Assembly: GCF_006345805.1 (NCBI RefSeq)
Contig: NC_042997.1
Span: forward strand, 89,528,001-89,592,000
DNA: 64,000 nucleotides
Source of the DNA: Octopus sinensis
Taxonomy: Eukaryota
Direction of reading: 5' to 3'
The notes under the pieces: generated by a model
What the model saw: the letters and a program-made list of their open reading frames with translations, nothing else
Databases searched by the model: none
Told to the model about the DNA's origin: nothing
Part shown: piece after piece, positions 63,136 through 64,000 of the stretch
Layout of the letters: each line of letters opens with the position of its first letter
Position numbering within the stretch: position 1 is the stretch's first letter
Position numbers and translations under genes: made by a program

Positions 63136-64000
63136 GAAGTTCCTCAGAAGACCCACTCACATCAATGAAACTGAGTTTTAGATGCGCTGAGTGTTTCCCC
63201 ACACTTAACAAGAGAACTTCTCACACACTCTACCACAACAAACTACGTCTCTACATCTCTTCTCTTCCTTGCATTTCTGCTTCATGCACTATGCTTACCT
63301 CCCACTCCCCAATCTTGTCCTCTTGGCCCTGTGCCACTGTATTATTGATCTCCACTGGACCCCGACCTGAGTGTTTCACCTGCATGTAACAAGAAAACTT
63401 TTCACTCCCACTACTCCAACAAACCAATCTACATTTTGTCTCTTCCTCACACTTGCTCCTTTATACACTATGCCTAACTCTCTCTCCCCAATTCTGTCCT
63501 CGTGGCCTTGTATCATTGCTATCCGGTAGCCCCTCACCCCCAACTCTATATATACCCGGTTTTCACCACTCGCTTTTTAATCCACACCCTTTAATCACAT
63601 TCCCTTCACAATATGTCGCCACTTAAATTATGGTATTCAAACCATAAGGGTATACCCTGGCACTTGCTACCATCTATGTCTCTCTCTCTCTTCCTTTACT
63701 CAGCCAACCCATTTATATTCTGATCCCTGTACCTTGTGAGTATGCCTGGCATTTTGCCACAATCTCTATTCTGCTGTCTCCCACACTCTCTCTCCTTCTC
63801 CTGCACTTCCTTCAGGTTGGGTAACCATGTATTTCCTTTGTGGTAGTGCATGTATTTCTGTCTTCATTCCTGATCTCTCTCTGTCTCTGGCCAGGTAACC
63901 TTGTACTTCCTCTACAGCAAGACACCTGTTTCTGTCTCTTTGTCTCACTGTAACCTTTCATCATCCACCAGAAGATCACCTCCTCCAATGCTGCCTCCCC

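Overview
AT-rich, repeat-dense animal genomic DNA; the SINE/LINE repertoire and microsatellites suggest an octopus (inference). A minus-strand LRRC43 orthologue can be assembled by hand: ten exons (53324 to 25845) splice into one open frame ending at TAA, with the 5' exons not found. A convergent, unidentified plus-strand gene has candidate exons at 5891-5959 and 11517-11717. The rest is mobile DNA: a near full-length decayed RTE LINE, RTE copies with a PHD-like finger inside the RT region, five R4/Dong-type restriction-like-endonuclease LINE 3' fragments, CR1 ends, a Penelope GIY-YIG fragment, a Gypsy integrase relic, Tc1/mariner/maT relics, TTAA MITEs, Helitrons and dozens of SINEs. The most unusual structures are a Helitron carrying LINE-ORF1-like cargo, a (TAA)n-anchored array of alternating SINEs and Dong-type LINEs, eight unrelated long fold-back hairpins, and local duplications that show filled versus empty insertion sites. 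No rRNA, true tRNA or CRISPR array was seen. All homology calls are from motif recognition, not database searches.
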